Shown: positions 1 to 7,739 of the stretch, one piece after another
Layout: each line of letters opens with the position of its first letter
Position numbering within the stretch: the first letter of the stretch is position 1
Program-made: the position numbers and the translations under genes
Notes under the pieces: generated by a model
Told to the model about the DNA's origin: nothing
Databases searched by the model: none
Seen by the model: only the letters and a program-made list of their open reading frames with translations
IMG/VR virus record: IMGVR_UViG_3300009540_000001
Coordinates: 1 to 64,000 of that record
Length of the DNA stretch: 64,000 bases
Direction: 5' to 3' (one strand)
DNA from: a virus
Lineage: Duplodnaviria; Caudoviricetes

Positions 1-1
1 C

Positions 2-496
2 GTCGGCGCTACCTATACCCCGCAAGGGCACGTATTTCTGAACCCTGTCGCGCGTGCCAAAGAGGACTGGACCGTCATCGCGTCGCACGAGGCGCTCGAG
101 CTCGCGATGAACCCGGAGCTCAATCTCTCGACCGTGAGAGAGGTTGACGGCGGGGTCGAAGCGTGGGCGCGGGAGGTCTGTGATCCTGTGCAAGGCAGCA
201 CGTACGAGGTTCACGGCGTAAAGCTGGCGAACTTCGTGTACCCCGAGTTCTTCATTCCGGGGTCCGACGGACCGTGGGACCACCTCCAACTCCTGAAGGG
301 CCCTTTCACGCTCCTCGAGACCGGGTATGCTTCGGTGCTGAAAGCTCAAGGTCCACTCGTCCAGCGCGACCTCTACCCGGAGTCAATCCATGCGTCGTCT
401 TCTCCCCCTCGTCCTTCTCCTCACCCTCTCGCTCGGGTCCTCGGGGTGCGCGTGGTACGCGCGCTTCAAGACGGATCCGATCGCGGCGATTGCTGA
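2..496 (+). CDS. 5'-truncated hypothetical protein, zincin-like (SHEALE...EVCDPV...NFVYP)
   Basis: The frame is open from the window start (VGATYTPQGHVF...WTVIASHEALELAMNPE); HExxE-type motif followed by EVCDP. Confidence 0.55.
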   Translation, partial: VGATYTPQGHVFLNPVARAKEDWTVIASHEALELAMNPELNLSTVREVDGGVEAWAREVCDPVQGSTYEVHGVKLANFVYPEFFIPGSDGPWDHLQLLKGPFTLLETGYASVLKAQGPLVQRDLYPESIHASSSPPRPSPHPLARVLGVRVVRALQDGSDRGDC

Positions 497-848
497 GGGC
501 GGCCAGTACATCACGACGGCGCTGAACATGGCGCGCGGGGCGTTCGAGATCTACGCCGCGACGTCGGGCGACCCGAACATCTCCACGGTGCGCACGACCT
601 TCAACGAGGTCGCGGGCTCGGTCGATCGCGGCCTGCTCGTCGCGTACGACGGCCTGCGCGTCGCTGCGCGCGTGCGCAACGGCAACCCGGACGTGACGGA
701 GCTCCTGCGCGACGCGCAGCAGGGCATCGGGCATGTGCACGAGTTCCTCGCGGGCTTGCCCGGCGCTGGCCCGGGGCGCGCGGTGGCCCCGTCGATGCGC
801 GATGCGCTCGCGGCGACGGCGGCGGCGGCGCGACCTGTCGCGCGCTGA
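390..848 (+). CDS. predicted lipoprotein
   Basis: MRR, then a hydrophobic stretch, then lipobox-like SSGC; followed by a terminator. Confidence 0.65.
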   Translation: MRRLLPLVLLLTLSLGSSGCAWYARFKTDPIAAIAEGGQYITTALNMARGAFEIYAATSGDPNISTVRTTFNEVAGSVDRGLLVAYDGLRVAARVRNGNPDVTELLRDAQQGIGHVHEFLAGLPGAGPGRAVAPSMRDALAATAAAARPVAR

Positions 849-860
849 GTCGAAGGCAAA

Positions 861-900
861 CGAAAAATAGAGAAGGCGGGGGAGTTACCTCCCCCGCCCT
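861..900. terminator. intrinsic terminator between convergent genes
   Basis: Perfect 10-bp stem ggcgggggag/ctcccccgcc (875-898); the A-rich flank gives a U-tract on the minus strand. Confidence 0.75.
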
Positions 901-905
901 CGGCC

Positions 906-1136
906 TTAGCGGAGACCGCGTACTTCTCGAACGACGTCTCGCGCGAGACGCCCTGCGGCGAGGGCCTTCGCGAATACGACAGGCCAGTTGATGCCGCTCT
1001 GGTCGATCATGGCCTTGTCTTCAGGGGACAAGGCCTCGAACGCGGCCTTCACCGCCGATGCGGTCTGCGGGTTCTCGACCCCGTTGGTGACGTGGTCGGA
1101 GATGCTCTTCGAGAGCGTGGGAAAAAGAACGTCCAT
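906..1136 (-). CDS. hypothetical protein (76 aa)
   Basis: ORF with SD AAGGGAG upstream and phage-like codon usage. Confidence 0.65.
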   Translation of the reverse strand: MDVLFPTLSKSISDHVTNGVENPQTASAVKAAFEALSPEDKAMIDQSGINWPVVFAKALAAGRLARDVVREVRGLR

Positions 1137-1165
1137 GGTGGACTCCCTTTGCCGTGAGTACCCAG

Positions 1166-1196
1166 GCCCCCTACGCGCACGGCGCGCGTAGGGGGC
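1166..1196. other. 13-bp intergenic hairpin
   Basis: gccccctacgcgc-acggc-gcgcgtagggggc. Confidence 0.6.
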
Positions 1197-1226
1197 TCTG
1201 CGGCGTAGCCCTCCCGGGTGGAGGAA

Positions 1227-2168
1227 CTACGCAGCAGGCTGGGTGGCCGCTTGGGCGGCCTGTGCTGCGGCCTTCGCCGCACGACGCGCATCACCGACAG
1301 CCTTCGCCGCCGCGTCCGCCTTCGCCTTCGCGACGGCGAACTCCGCGCGCGCCGCCTTCTCAGCGGCCTCCGCCGCCGCCACCGGGTCCGCCGGCGCGGT
1401 CGGCTGCGCGGGCGTCTCGGTCGGCGCCGTCGCCGCCGGGATCTCGGTCGGCGCCGTCGCCGCCTGCGCCTCGGGCGCCTCGGTCGGCGCCTGGAACGCG
1501 GTCATGAGCGAGGCGACCGCCCCGCCGACGAGGCTCGACGCCGCCGAGGCCGAGGCCTCGACCGACGCCGCCGACGCTGCCATCGCGGTCGTCGCGTTGG
1601 CCGTCCTCGTGGCCTCGCCGGCCAACTCGTTCAACGGGGCGGCCACCCCGTTGACCGCACCGACGAGCTCGGTGCGGAAGCCGTTCACGGCGCCGACCAG
1701 CTCCTCACGGAGCTTGGCGATCTCGTTGTTGTGGGCCTTCGAGATCTCGCCAAGCTGCGCCCGGCTCACGGCCCGATCGAAGTACTTCAGCGTCTCGGCG
1801 CGCGCCGAGAGCTTGGTGCTCTCCCAGCTCCACCACGTGCAGCCGGCCAGGGAGTCGTGGTGCCGGCGGAACACGTCCGCCAAGCGCACGGCGCGCTCGA
1901 CCGATTCCTCGGTCATGTCGGGCGTGAACGAGGCGAGGAAGGCCGAGTGGCACAGGGCCAAGGCCCTCGCCCTGCGGCCGATCAGCGGGTCGAGGCCCGG
2001 GAGCACCATCTCGGTGCTCATCCGGGAGACGAGCTTGCTGGCGAGCGCCAGCAACTTCTCATCGTCAACTTCACCGCGCAAGCTCGGGACCCCGTCGCGG
2101 AGCAGGATCGCCGCATCCGTGCTGTTGCTGGTCACGGTCATCGAATCAGTCGTCGTCGTCGTGGTCAT
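1227..2168 (-). CDS. Ala-rich hypothetical protein
   Basis: Start reassigned to the ATG at 2168, behind SD AAGGAG and the conserved leader motif. Confidence 0.7.
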   Translation of the reverse strand: MTTTTTTDSMTVTSNSTDAAILLRDGVPSLRGEVDDEKLLALASKLVSRMSTEMVLPGLDPLIGRRARALALCHSAFLASFTPDMTEESVERAVRLADVFRRHHDSLAGCTWWSWESTKLSARAETLKYFDRAVSRAQLGEISKAHNNEIAKLREELVGAVNGFRTELVGAVNGVAAPLNELAGEATRTANATTAMAASAASVEASASAASSLVGGAVASLMTAFQAPTEAPEAQAATAPTEIPAATAPTETPAQPTAPADPVAAAEAAEKAARAEFAVAKAKADAAAKAVGDARRAAKAAAQAAQAATQPAA

Positions 2169-2183
2169 GGTAGACTCCTTCCA

Positions 2184-2220
2184 CGTTCTTTTATATTCCG
2201 GCACGTTGGTACGCCGGCGT
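2184..2220 (-). promoter_or_regulatory. conserved leader hairpin + A-rich tail, copy 1
   Basis: CCGGC-GTACCAACGT-GCCGG-AATATAAAAGAACG directly upstream of the SD. Confidence 0.75.
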
Positions 2221-2258
2221 TGTCGAAGGCGAGTCATAGGCCTTATTGCCTACATCTT

Positions 2259-2287
2259 CTTATACCCCCGGGGACCCCCCCTTTTCG
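2259..2287 (-). promoter_or_regulatory. phage promoter CGAAAA-N17-TATAAG
   Basis: Same architecture as 5 other sites. Confidence 0.7.
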
Positions 2288-2328
2288 GATACCCCCCCCC
2301 CCTCCCCAGGGACCCCCCCCTACCCCCC
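2265..2328 (-). repeat. cluster of G-homopolymer tracts (G4-G11)
   Basis: Several C-runs on the plus strand. Confidence 0.8.
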
Positions 2329-2901
2329 TGTACGCGGTAAAGCCTGAATACGGGCCCGTACGGCCTCCGCCCCCTTGTCGTAGAACAGCTTCACCGCCGT
2401 GAGGATCTGGACGACCAGCTTCGGGTCCTCGGCCCACTCGTCCTCGTCCCAGTGGACGACGTCATACCCCTTCTTGTCCTTGATCGTGACTGAGGTCGCC
2501 CCGACCTCGAGACTGCCGTCGTTGGCCTCGAGTTCGTCCTCCTCGTCCTGCCACTTCTTGGACTCCCGAACGACGGGGGAGAGGCAGTTGCCGCAGACGT
2601 CCTCGTCTTCCTCGGTGTAGACGAGGGAGCCGCAGGTAGCGCACTTGATGTGCCGGATCGCGCACACCGTCTTCCGCTCTTCCTCGAGCAGGGCGTCGAA
2701 CTCCGACTCCCCCATCGCGGCCCGCGCCTCCCCGTACGCCTTCTCCGTACTGGGGCACTCGGTGGCCCCGATCAAGAGGTGCGCGGCCCAGACGAAGCAG
2801 TCCTCCTCCATGGCTGCGGTGATGTCGCAGGTGTTGTTGTGACACACCTGCGTCGGATGCTCCTCGTGGAGCGCTTCTCGCAAGGCGTTGAAATGGGCCA
2901 T
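2320..2901 (-). CDS. hypothetical protein with zinc ribbon (CATCG...CGNC)
   Basis: ORF; CxxC pairs. Confidence 0.65.
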   Translation of the reverse strand: MAHFNALREALHEEHPTQVCHNNTCDITAAMEEDCFVWAAHLLIGATECPSTEKAYGEARAAMGESEFDALLEEERKTVCAIRHIKCATCGSLVYTEEDEDVCGNCLSPVVRESKKWQDEEDELEANDGSLEVGATSVTIKDKKGYDVVHWDEDEWAEDPKLVVQILTAVKLFYDKGAEAVRARIQALPRTGG

Positions 2902-3092
2902 CAATCGTCCTCCACCTCTTCTTCGTAGCTGTAGGGCTCTGCGGAATCGCCGTCGAAGTCCCCGTAGCCGTCTCCCCAGCCGAGGCCACCGTAGCTACAG
3001 CCCCAGCCGGTGCCCGTACCGTTGCCTTCCCACATGGCGAGGGGGCTCTGTCCATCCCCGGAGATGAAGCTGTCCTCACCGCGCTCTCGCAT
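2901..3092 (-). CDS. small Gly/acidic hypothetical protein
   Basis: GxGxG repeats; stop overlaps the next start. Confidence 0.5.
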   Translation of the reverse strand: MRERGEDSFISGDGQSPLAMWEGNGTGTGWGCSYGGLGWGDGYGDFDGDSAEPYSYEEEVEDD

Positions 3093-3111
3093 CTGGCCTT
3101 ACCCTTCCCGC

Positions 3112-3558
3112 ATGAAGTCTTCTCCCTGGTGGTTCTCGTTCCTGGTGTCGAATCACGAGGTCATCCTGGGCCTCCTGGTTTATCCGCTGATCACCGCCAT
3201 GTTCACCGTGGCGTCGCGCAAGCGCACGCCCGAGCAGTGGGAGGCGTGGGCGCTGACGAAGCCGTTCCTCGCGTTCCTGCTCGAGTTCATGAAGGCCTCG
3301 GGCCTGAACCCGGTGGGCATGCTCAAGGCCGTTCGGAACTACTCGGCGCGCAAGGCCGGGCAGGTGCCCGAGGGCGCGATTCGTGCGAGCGGGCTCCCGG
3401 AGCCGCTGAAGGCGGCGCTCCTGAACCCCGCCCTGCACGCGGTCCTGACGGAAGCGGCTCGCCTGCACGCAGAGGCGCAGGCCAAGCCGCCGGCGCCGAT
3501 CGAGCCTACGCCCCCGGCTTCGACGGCTCCGGCCACGCCCCCCGACGCAGCCGGTTGA
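3112..3558 (+). CDS. membrane protein, holin-like
   Basis: N-terminal transmembrane segment and Pro-rich tail; ATG at 3112 preceded by a TACCCT -10-like box. Confidence 0.5.
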   Translation: MKSSPWWFSFLVSNHEVILGLLVYPLITAMFTVASRKRTPEQWEAWALTKPFLAFLLEFMKASGLNPVGMLKAVRNYSARKAGQVPEGAIRASGLPEPLKAALLNPALHAVLTEAARLHAEAQAKPPAPIEPTPPASTAPATPPDAAG

Positions 3559-4840
3559 TCACCGCCTCGGAGAGCACGTGGATGGCGTTCACGTGCTCGG
3601 CCGACCCGTCGCCGCCCTTGTCGTGGGCGAACTCGTGAACCAACACCATGACGGTCTTGCCGAAGTTCTGAAGGACTGCACGGGATAGGAGGACCTCTTC
3701 CCCCTTGTGCAGGCCCTCGACCGTGTCGGTGCCGAAGGAGACGACGATCGTACGCTGGGGGGCGTTCGGTACGTCGGGGATGATGAGCTGAAGCGCCTCG
3801 GCGAGGTGCGTCAGCTCTTTGCCGTTCAGGTCCTCCGCTGCCCAGCGCGTCTTCACGCTCTCGGAGTGGCCCTTGATCACGCTCGAGGGGTCTTGCATGC
3901 GCTGCCGAAGCAGCGCGACGAGGCGGTGCGGCAGCGGCACGGCCACGTGCCCGATGTGCCCGAGGTCCATGCCCTCGGACGTCCCGGTGACGGGGACGGC
4001 CTGCTCGCCGTACTCGTCCTTGAACAGGTTCACCAGCGTGTCGACGAGCTTCGGGGGCATGGTGTACGCGAACACCCCCTCCTCGGACGACTGGTTCTTC
4101 AGCGCCTTGTACATGCGTTGTTGCATGGCCGCGTCGTCGCGCGCGCTGACCTCGCTCCACATCTCGGCGATGGCGGTGTCGAGGGTCCAGGAGTTCGGGA
4201 TGCGACGGTCGCGCCCGGTGTCGAGGTTATAGAAGTTGTACCCGAAGTCGTACCCAGGCCTCTTCGTGACGTAGACGCCACGCACGAAGATTCGGCCCAT
4301 GAACTCCGGGTCATCGAGCAGCTCGCCAGCGGTGGTCTTGTGCACCGTGGAGGCTGGGTGCAGGCGCAGGAACCACGTCCGCATCTCGTCCCACAGCGCC
4401 TCGGGGACGCCCTCGATCGAGACCTCGACGTCGTTGGCGGCCCGCGACGCCTTGGTGATGTTGATCACCAGGCAGTTCATGTCGTTACCGTCGCGCTCGA
4501 GCGTCGCCTTCCAGGTCTCGTCCGTCCCGTTCTTGATCGTGACGTCCATGCGCTCGCGCGCGAGCACGAGGAGGGCAAGCTTGAGCCCCTCGCCGTACTG
4601 CCCGATGACGCGGGAGTCGTGGCGCTTCGAAGACTCGCCGAAGTAAAGAGAAGAGACGGAGAGCTTCGTCCCTTGATTCTTCAGAACCAGCCGCTCTTTG
4701 CCCGAGTCGTACGCGGCGCTGAATGACGCCCCGTGCTCGATCTCGGCGTCGAGGCCGTTCGCCACGATCTCGCGGATCGCGTGGGCGACGGTCCACTCGG
4801 GGATGTAGTTGTCGGTGATCGGATACTTGTGCTTCGCCAC
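3506..4840 (-). CDS. GHKL-type ATPase fused to C-terminal HExxH zincin-like domain
   Basis: AIREIVANGLDA (N-box), GQYGEGLKLA (G-box), LVHEFAH...H. Confidence 0.75.
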   Translation of the reverse strand: MAKHKYPITDNYIPEWTVAHAIREIVANGLDAEIEHGASFSAAYDSGKERLVLKNQGTKLSVSSLYFGESSKRHDSRVIGQYGEGLKLALLVLARERMDVTIKNGTDETWKATLERDGNDMNCLVINITKASRAANDVEVSIEGVPEALWDEMRTWFLRLHPASTVHKTTAGELLDDPEFMGRIFVRGVYVTKRPGYDFGYNFYNLDTGRDRRIPNSWTLDTAIAEMWSEVSARDDAAMQQRMYKALKNQSSEEGVFAYTMPPKLVDTLVNLFKDEYGEQAVPVTGTSEGMDLGHIGHVAVPLPHRLVALLRQRMQDPSSVIKGHSESVKTRWAAEDLNGKELTHLAEALQLIIPDVPNAPQRTIVVSFGTDTVEGLHKGEEVLLSRAVLQNFGKTVMVLVHEFAHDKGGDGSAEHVNAIHVLSEAVINRLRRGAWPEPSKPGA

Positions 4841-4908
4841 GAAAAATAATGCTCCTGCCGCTGCGAAATGCTTCGGCAGAGCTCATACCCGCGAATGGCT
4901 CGGATTTC

Positions 4909-5304
4909 TCAGGGCGAGGGCATCGCCCGCGTACGCCGTAAAGATCGCGCCGTCGCGAGCACGTACGCGCGCGTCACGCGTCGTCGGGAGAGGCAGCTTC
5001 CGCTTTCGTAGCGTCGGAAGGCGCCGTCTTCAGAGTGACACGATGCCAAGCTATGGGCCCAAGAGGTGTAAGCCAGGTCTTCGTGGGAACGCGCGCTACG
5101 GCGTACTCGGGGGAGACCGTAGGGTCGTCGCGCGTGCAGGTGCACGCCGTCCTCATGCACGCGCAGGACGACGAGCACACAGGCAGCGTCGGCATTCTCA
5201 GACGCCTCCGCGTACGCCGCGATCCGCCCGGCGATCTCGAGGCGCTCCTCGGGTGCAGTACGGGGCTGGAGCATCGCCAGGAGGGTCAGGACGTACGCCA
5301 GCAT
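4909..5304 (-). CDS. small exported protein, possibly lysozyme/transglycosylase-like
   Basis: Signal-like MLAYVLTLLAML; ...VHEDG...YG...RRYESG pattern; start reassigned to 5304. Confidence 0.4.
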   Translation of the reverse strand: MLAYVLTLLAMLQPRTAPEERLEIAGRIAAYAEASENADAACVLVVLRVHEDGVHLHARRPYGLPRVRRSARSHEDLAYTSWAHSLASCHSEDGAFRRYESGSCLSRRRVTRAYVLATARSLRRTRAMPSP

Positions 5305-5653
5305 TCTTACCGAGGATGGAGGGTGGGACCGTGGGAGAAGAGGCCTTGTAGTGGATGTACCCGGGGCGTGGCGTGACCTCGACGTCGCCCATCTCGGGCC
5401 CGAGGAACGCCGCGCAGATCCCGGGCGCCGCCTCCGCCAGCTTCGCGTCGTTGGGGCGGTGCCGTAGGTACAGACACAGCCTTCCGTCCACGATCTCCGA
5501 AGACGCCTCCATGCCGCACTCGAGCGGGGAGTAGGCGCGCGCGGAGTGAAACTCTTCCCCCTCGGCGCGCGCCTTGGCGGCGGCGTGCCACAGCGACCAG
5601 GCACGCTCGAGCAGGAACAGGGTCTCGGGGTGGGTGAGCTGCGGCGCGGGCAT
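5198..5653 (-). CDS. hypothetical protein
   Basis: ORF in a run of tightly packed minus-strand genes. Confidence 0.55.
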   Translation of the reverse strand: MPAPQLTHPETLFLLERAWSLWHAAAKARAEGEEFHSARAYSPLECGMEASSEIVDGRLCLYLRHRPNDAKLAEAAPGICAAFLGPEMGDVEVTPRPGYIHYKASSPTVPPSILGKNAGVRPDPPGDAPAPYCTRGAPRDRRADRGVRGGV

Positions 5654-5657
5654 GGCT

Positions 5658-6086
5658 TTACCGCGTGGGCTTCGCGGGGGCCGCTGCGGTGGGCAGGCTC
5701 TTGCGGACCTTCTGGTAGTACTCGAACGCGGCCTGCCGTACCTCGTTGATCTCCTCCGGAGACAAGGGGACGTCGTCGGCGTTGAGGACGTTCAGCGCCG
5801 TCAGCTCCATCATGAACACCCCCGCGCGCGGCCCGAGGTTGCCCTCCTGGCACAGGAGCGAAAAGAAACGCACGAGGCGTTGCGTGGGGTCGAGCGCGGC
5901 CTGGTAGTTGTCCGTCAGCGGCGCCATCTCTTTGAGCCCGAACGGGTCGCTCGGGTCGCGCTCGCGTTCGACCGAGGTCTCCGCGAACGCTCCGACGTTC
6001 AGGTTCTTGTAGGTCTCAGCGAGCTCGTCCGCTTTGCGGTCGGCGCCAGGGACGTAGAGCAAGGGGGCTGCGGTGGGGGGCTTCAT
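5658..6086 (-). CDS. hypothetical protein
   Basis: ORF, codon usage. Confidence 0.65.
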   Translation of the reverse strand: MKPPTAAPLLYVPGADRKADELAETYKNLNVGAFAETSVERERDPSDPFGLKEMAPLTDNYQAALDPTQRLVRFFSLLCQEGNLGPRAGVFMMELTALNVLNADDVPLSPEEINEVRQAAFEYYQKVRKSLPTAAAPAKPTR

Positions 6087-6087
6087 C

Positions 6088-6336
6088 TCACTTCACCATC
6101 ACGAGCGAGCAGCGCGCCTGCACCGAGGCACCTGCCACGATGTACGGCTTGCTGCGGTCCGTCCCAGCCGGAACCTGCTTCGCGCCCTCGGGCAGCGTCA
6201 TGCCGTCCGGCACCGGGTTCGGGTACTCGGACCGCGCGACACACCAGCCGAGCCAGGAGTCCTTCTCCCCCTTGGGGGTGAACTTCTTCTGGGCGTCGTA
6301 ATGCGCGCACTTGGCGCAGGGCGTCTTGTTCTGCAT
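6088..6336 (-). CDS. small Cys-containing protein
   Basis: CAKCAHY...WC...C. Confidence 0.65.
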   Translation of the reverse strand: MQNKTPCAKCAHYDAQKKFTPKGEKDSWLGWCVARSEYPNPVPDGMTLPEGAKQVPAGTDRSKPYIVAGASVQARCSLVMVK

Positions 6337-6348
6337 GGGCCGATCTTC

Positions 6349-6831
6349 TCAGACGTCCCTGACGATTTCCACTCCGTACTTCACCATCACGTCGGCCTGC
6401 TTCGGGGACTCGTGTCGGTAGAACGTCAGCGCCGTCGCCAACCGGTCTACGGACATCTTCAGCGCGAGCGCCGCGTTCGACGAAGAAGCCGCCGCGTACA
6501 GCTTCAGAGGGCCGAACTCGAGCGGTGAGCAAGGGCCAAGGATGTCGCCCTCGACATAGGAGAGCTTCAGGCGGCGCAGGTGCGGCGAAAGCCCGGGTCG
6601 GGCTTCGGCCAGGAACTCCCCGAGGATGTGCCCAGCCGCCTTCTCGGTGTCCGCAGGGTCCTTGAACTTTCCGGGGACGGTGACGAGGACGCTGTACCGC
6701 TGCCCTCGAACCGAGACCGAGGTCTTGCCCGCGCGGATCTTCGCGCGCAGCTGCTCGGCGACGCTCATCTCCTCGGCGGGCTTCTTGAGACCCCAGGGGC
6801 TCAGGATCCCCGATGCTTTGCTGTCCGCCAT
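6349..6831 (-). CDS. hypothetical protein
   Basis: Start MADSK at 6831, coupled to the upstream stop. Confidence 0.65.
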   Translation of the reverse strand: MADSKASGILSPWGLKKPAEEMSVAEQLRAKIRAGKTSVSVRGQRYSVLVTVPGKFKDPADTEKAAGHILGEFLAEARPGLSPHLRRLKLSYVEGDILGPCSPLEFGPLKLYAAASSSNAALALKMSVDRLATALTFYRHESPKQADVMVKYGVEIVRDV

Positions 6832-7286
6832 CACCCGCTCACGAGGATGAGGTTCCGGGCCCCCATCAGCTTCGGGTCCGCGCAGTCCGCGTGCGCGCAC
6901 TCGTACCCCTCAGTGCACCGAATCGCCGGAGCGCTGTGCAGCGGGTCGAGCGCGACGCCCTCTACGCGGTAAAGAAGGAGGAGCCGATCTTCACGCACGA
7001 ACGTCTTCGTGCAGCGGAGACACTGGTACTCGGGCGCGGCGGCAGGCACGGGCGGGGGGTCTCCGAGCTTGAGAGTGTGGCGCGCGACGCGCAGGGCCTC
7101 GGGCAAAGAGATCTGAGGATTCGCGCAGTCGAAATGCACGGCCTCGGGCTGATCCTGCACGAACGTCCGCCCGCCCTCAACCCCCGTCGCGACACGTACT
7201 TGCAGGATCGCGTCGCCTTGCTTCAGCAAGGCTCGGCACCTGCGGCACGTGTGGACGGGGGTGAGGTCGGAGACGTCGGGGAACAC
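6831..7286 (-). CDS. protein with duplicated CxxC...HxxC zinc-finger unit
   Basis: CRRC..HFDCANP and CLRC..HADCADP. Confidence 0.65.
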   Translation of the reverse strand: MFPDVSDLTPVHTCRRCRALLKQGDAILQVRVATGVEGGRTFVQDQPEAVHFDCANPQISLPEALRVARHTLKLGDPPPVPAAAPEYQCLRCTKTFVREDRLLLLYRVEGVALDPLHSAPAIRCTEGYECAHADCADPKLMGARNLILVSG

Positions 7287-7304
7287 GGGAAGAGGGTACC
7301 CCGA

Positions 7305-7739
7305 CTACCCCTTCGCCGCCAGTAGCGCGTCGAGCTTCTTGCGGAACGTCTCCTCCACGCCTTTGAGCATGTCGTCGCGCTCCGTCGTCAGCGCCTTGAG
7401 CTTGTCGCGCAGCGCCTCTCCGTCCTTGCCCAAGATCAGCATCTTCGGCTTGAAGGTGTGGTCGCCGTACCCCTCGACCTTGACGACGCCGGAGGCATAG
7501 CCCTTCACGACCTTGCCCCCTATGAGGTAGGGGTAGCTGTCGTAGCCCCAGAAGGCCCAGAGGCCGCCGAGTGCCTCGGCGTCGATCTCTTTACTCGGTG
7601 CAGACGGCGGCGCGTGCTCGCGCGCGATCCGCGCTTCACGAATCTTCGCCTCGGCTTGGGCCAAGCGGGACCGAGCAGCCTGAATCTCTTGCTCTTGCTC
7701 TTGCTCTTCTTCGAAGATCCTTCGTTTCGAGTCGCTCAT
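7305..7739 (-). CDS. hypothetical coiled-coil protein
   Basis: ORF coupled to the DinG stop (ATGA). Confidence 0.65.
   Translation of the reverse strand: MSDSKRRIFEEEQEQEQEIQAARSRLAQAEAKIREARIAREHAPPSAPSKEIDAEALGGLWAFWGYDSYPYLIGGKVVKGYASGVVKVEGYGDHTFKPKMLILGKDGEALRDKLKALTTERDDMLKGVEETFRKKLDALLAAKG

Noticed and set aside
1227-1700. Short internal repeats in the Ala-rich gene
   Set aside because: They encode low-complexity protein repeats (AATAPTE, ELVGAVNG); no independent DNA-level signal.
2184-2220. Sigma-54 promoter (GGCACG) in the leader motif
   Set aside because: Wrong orientation for the adjacent genes, no TTGC at -12, and GGCAC is not kept in copies 3-4.
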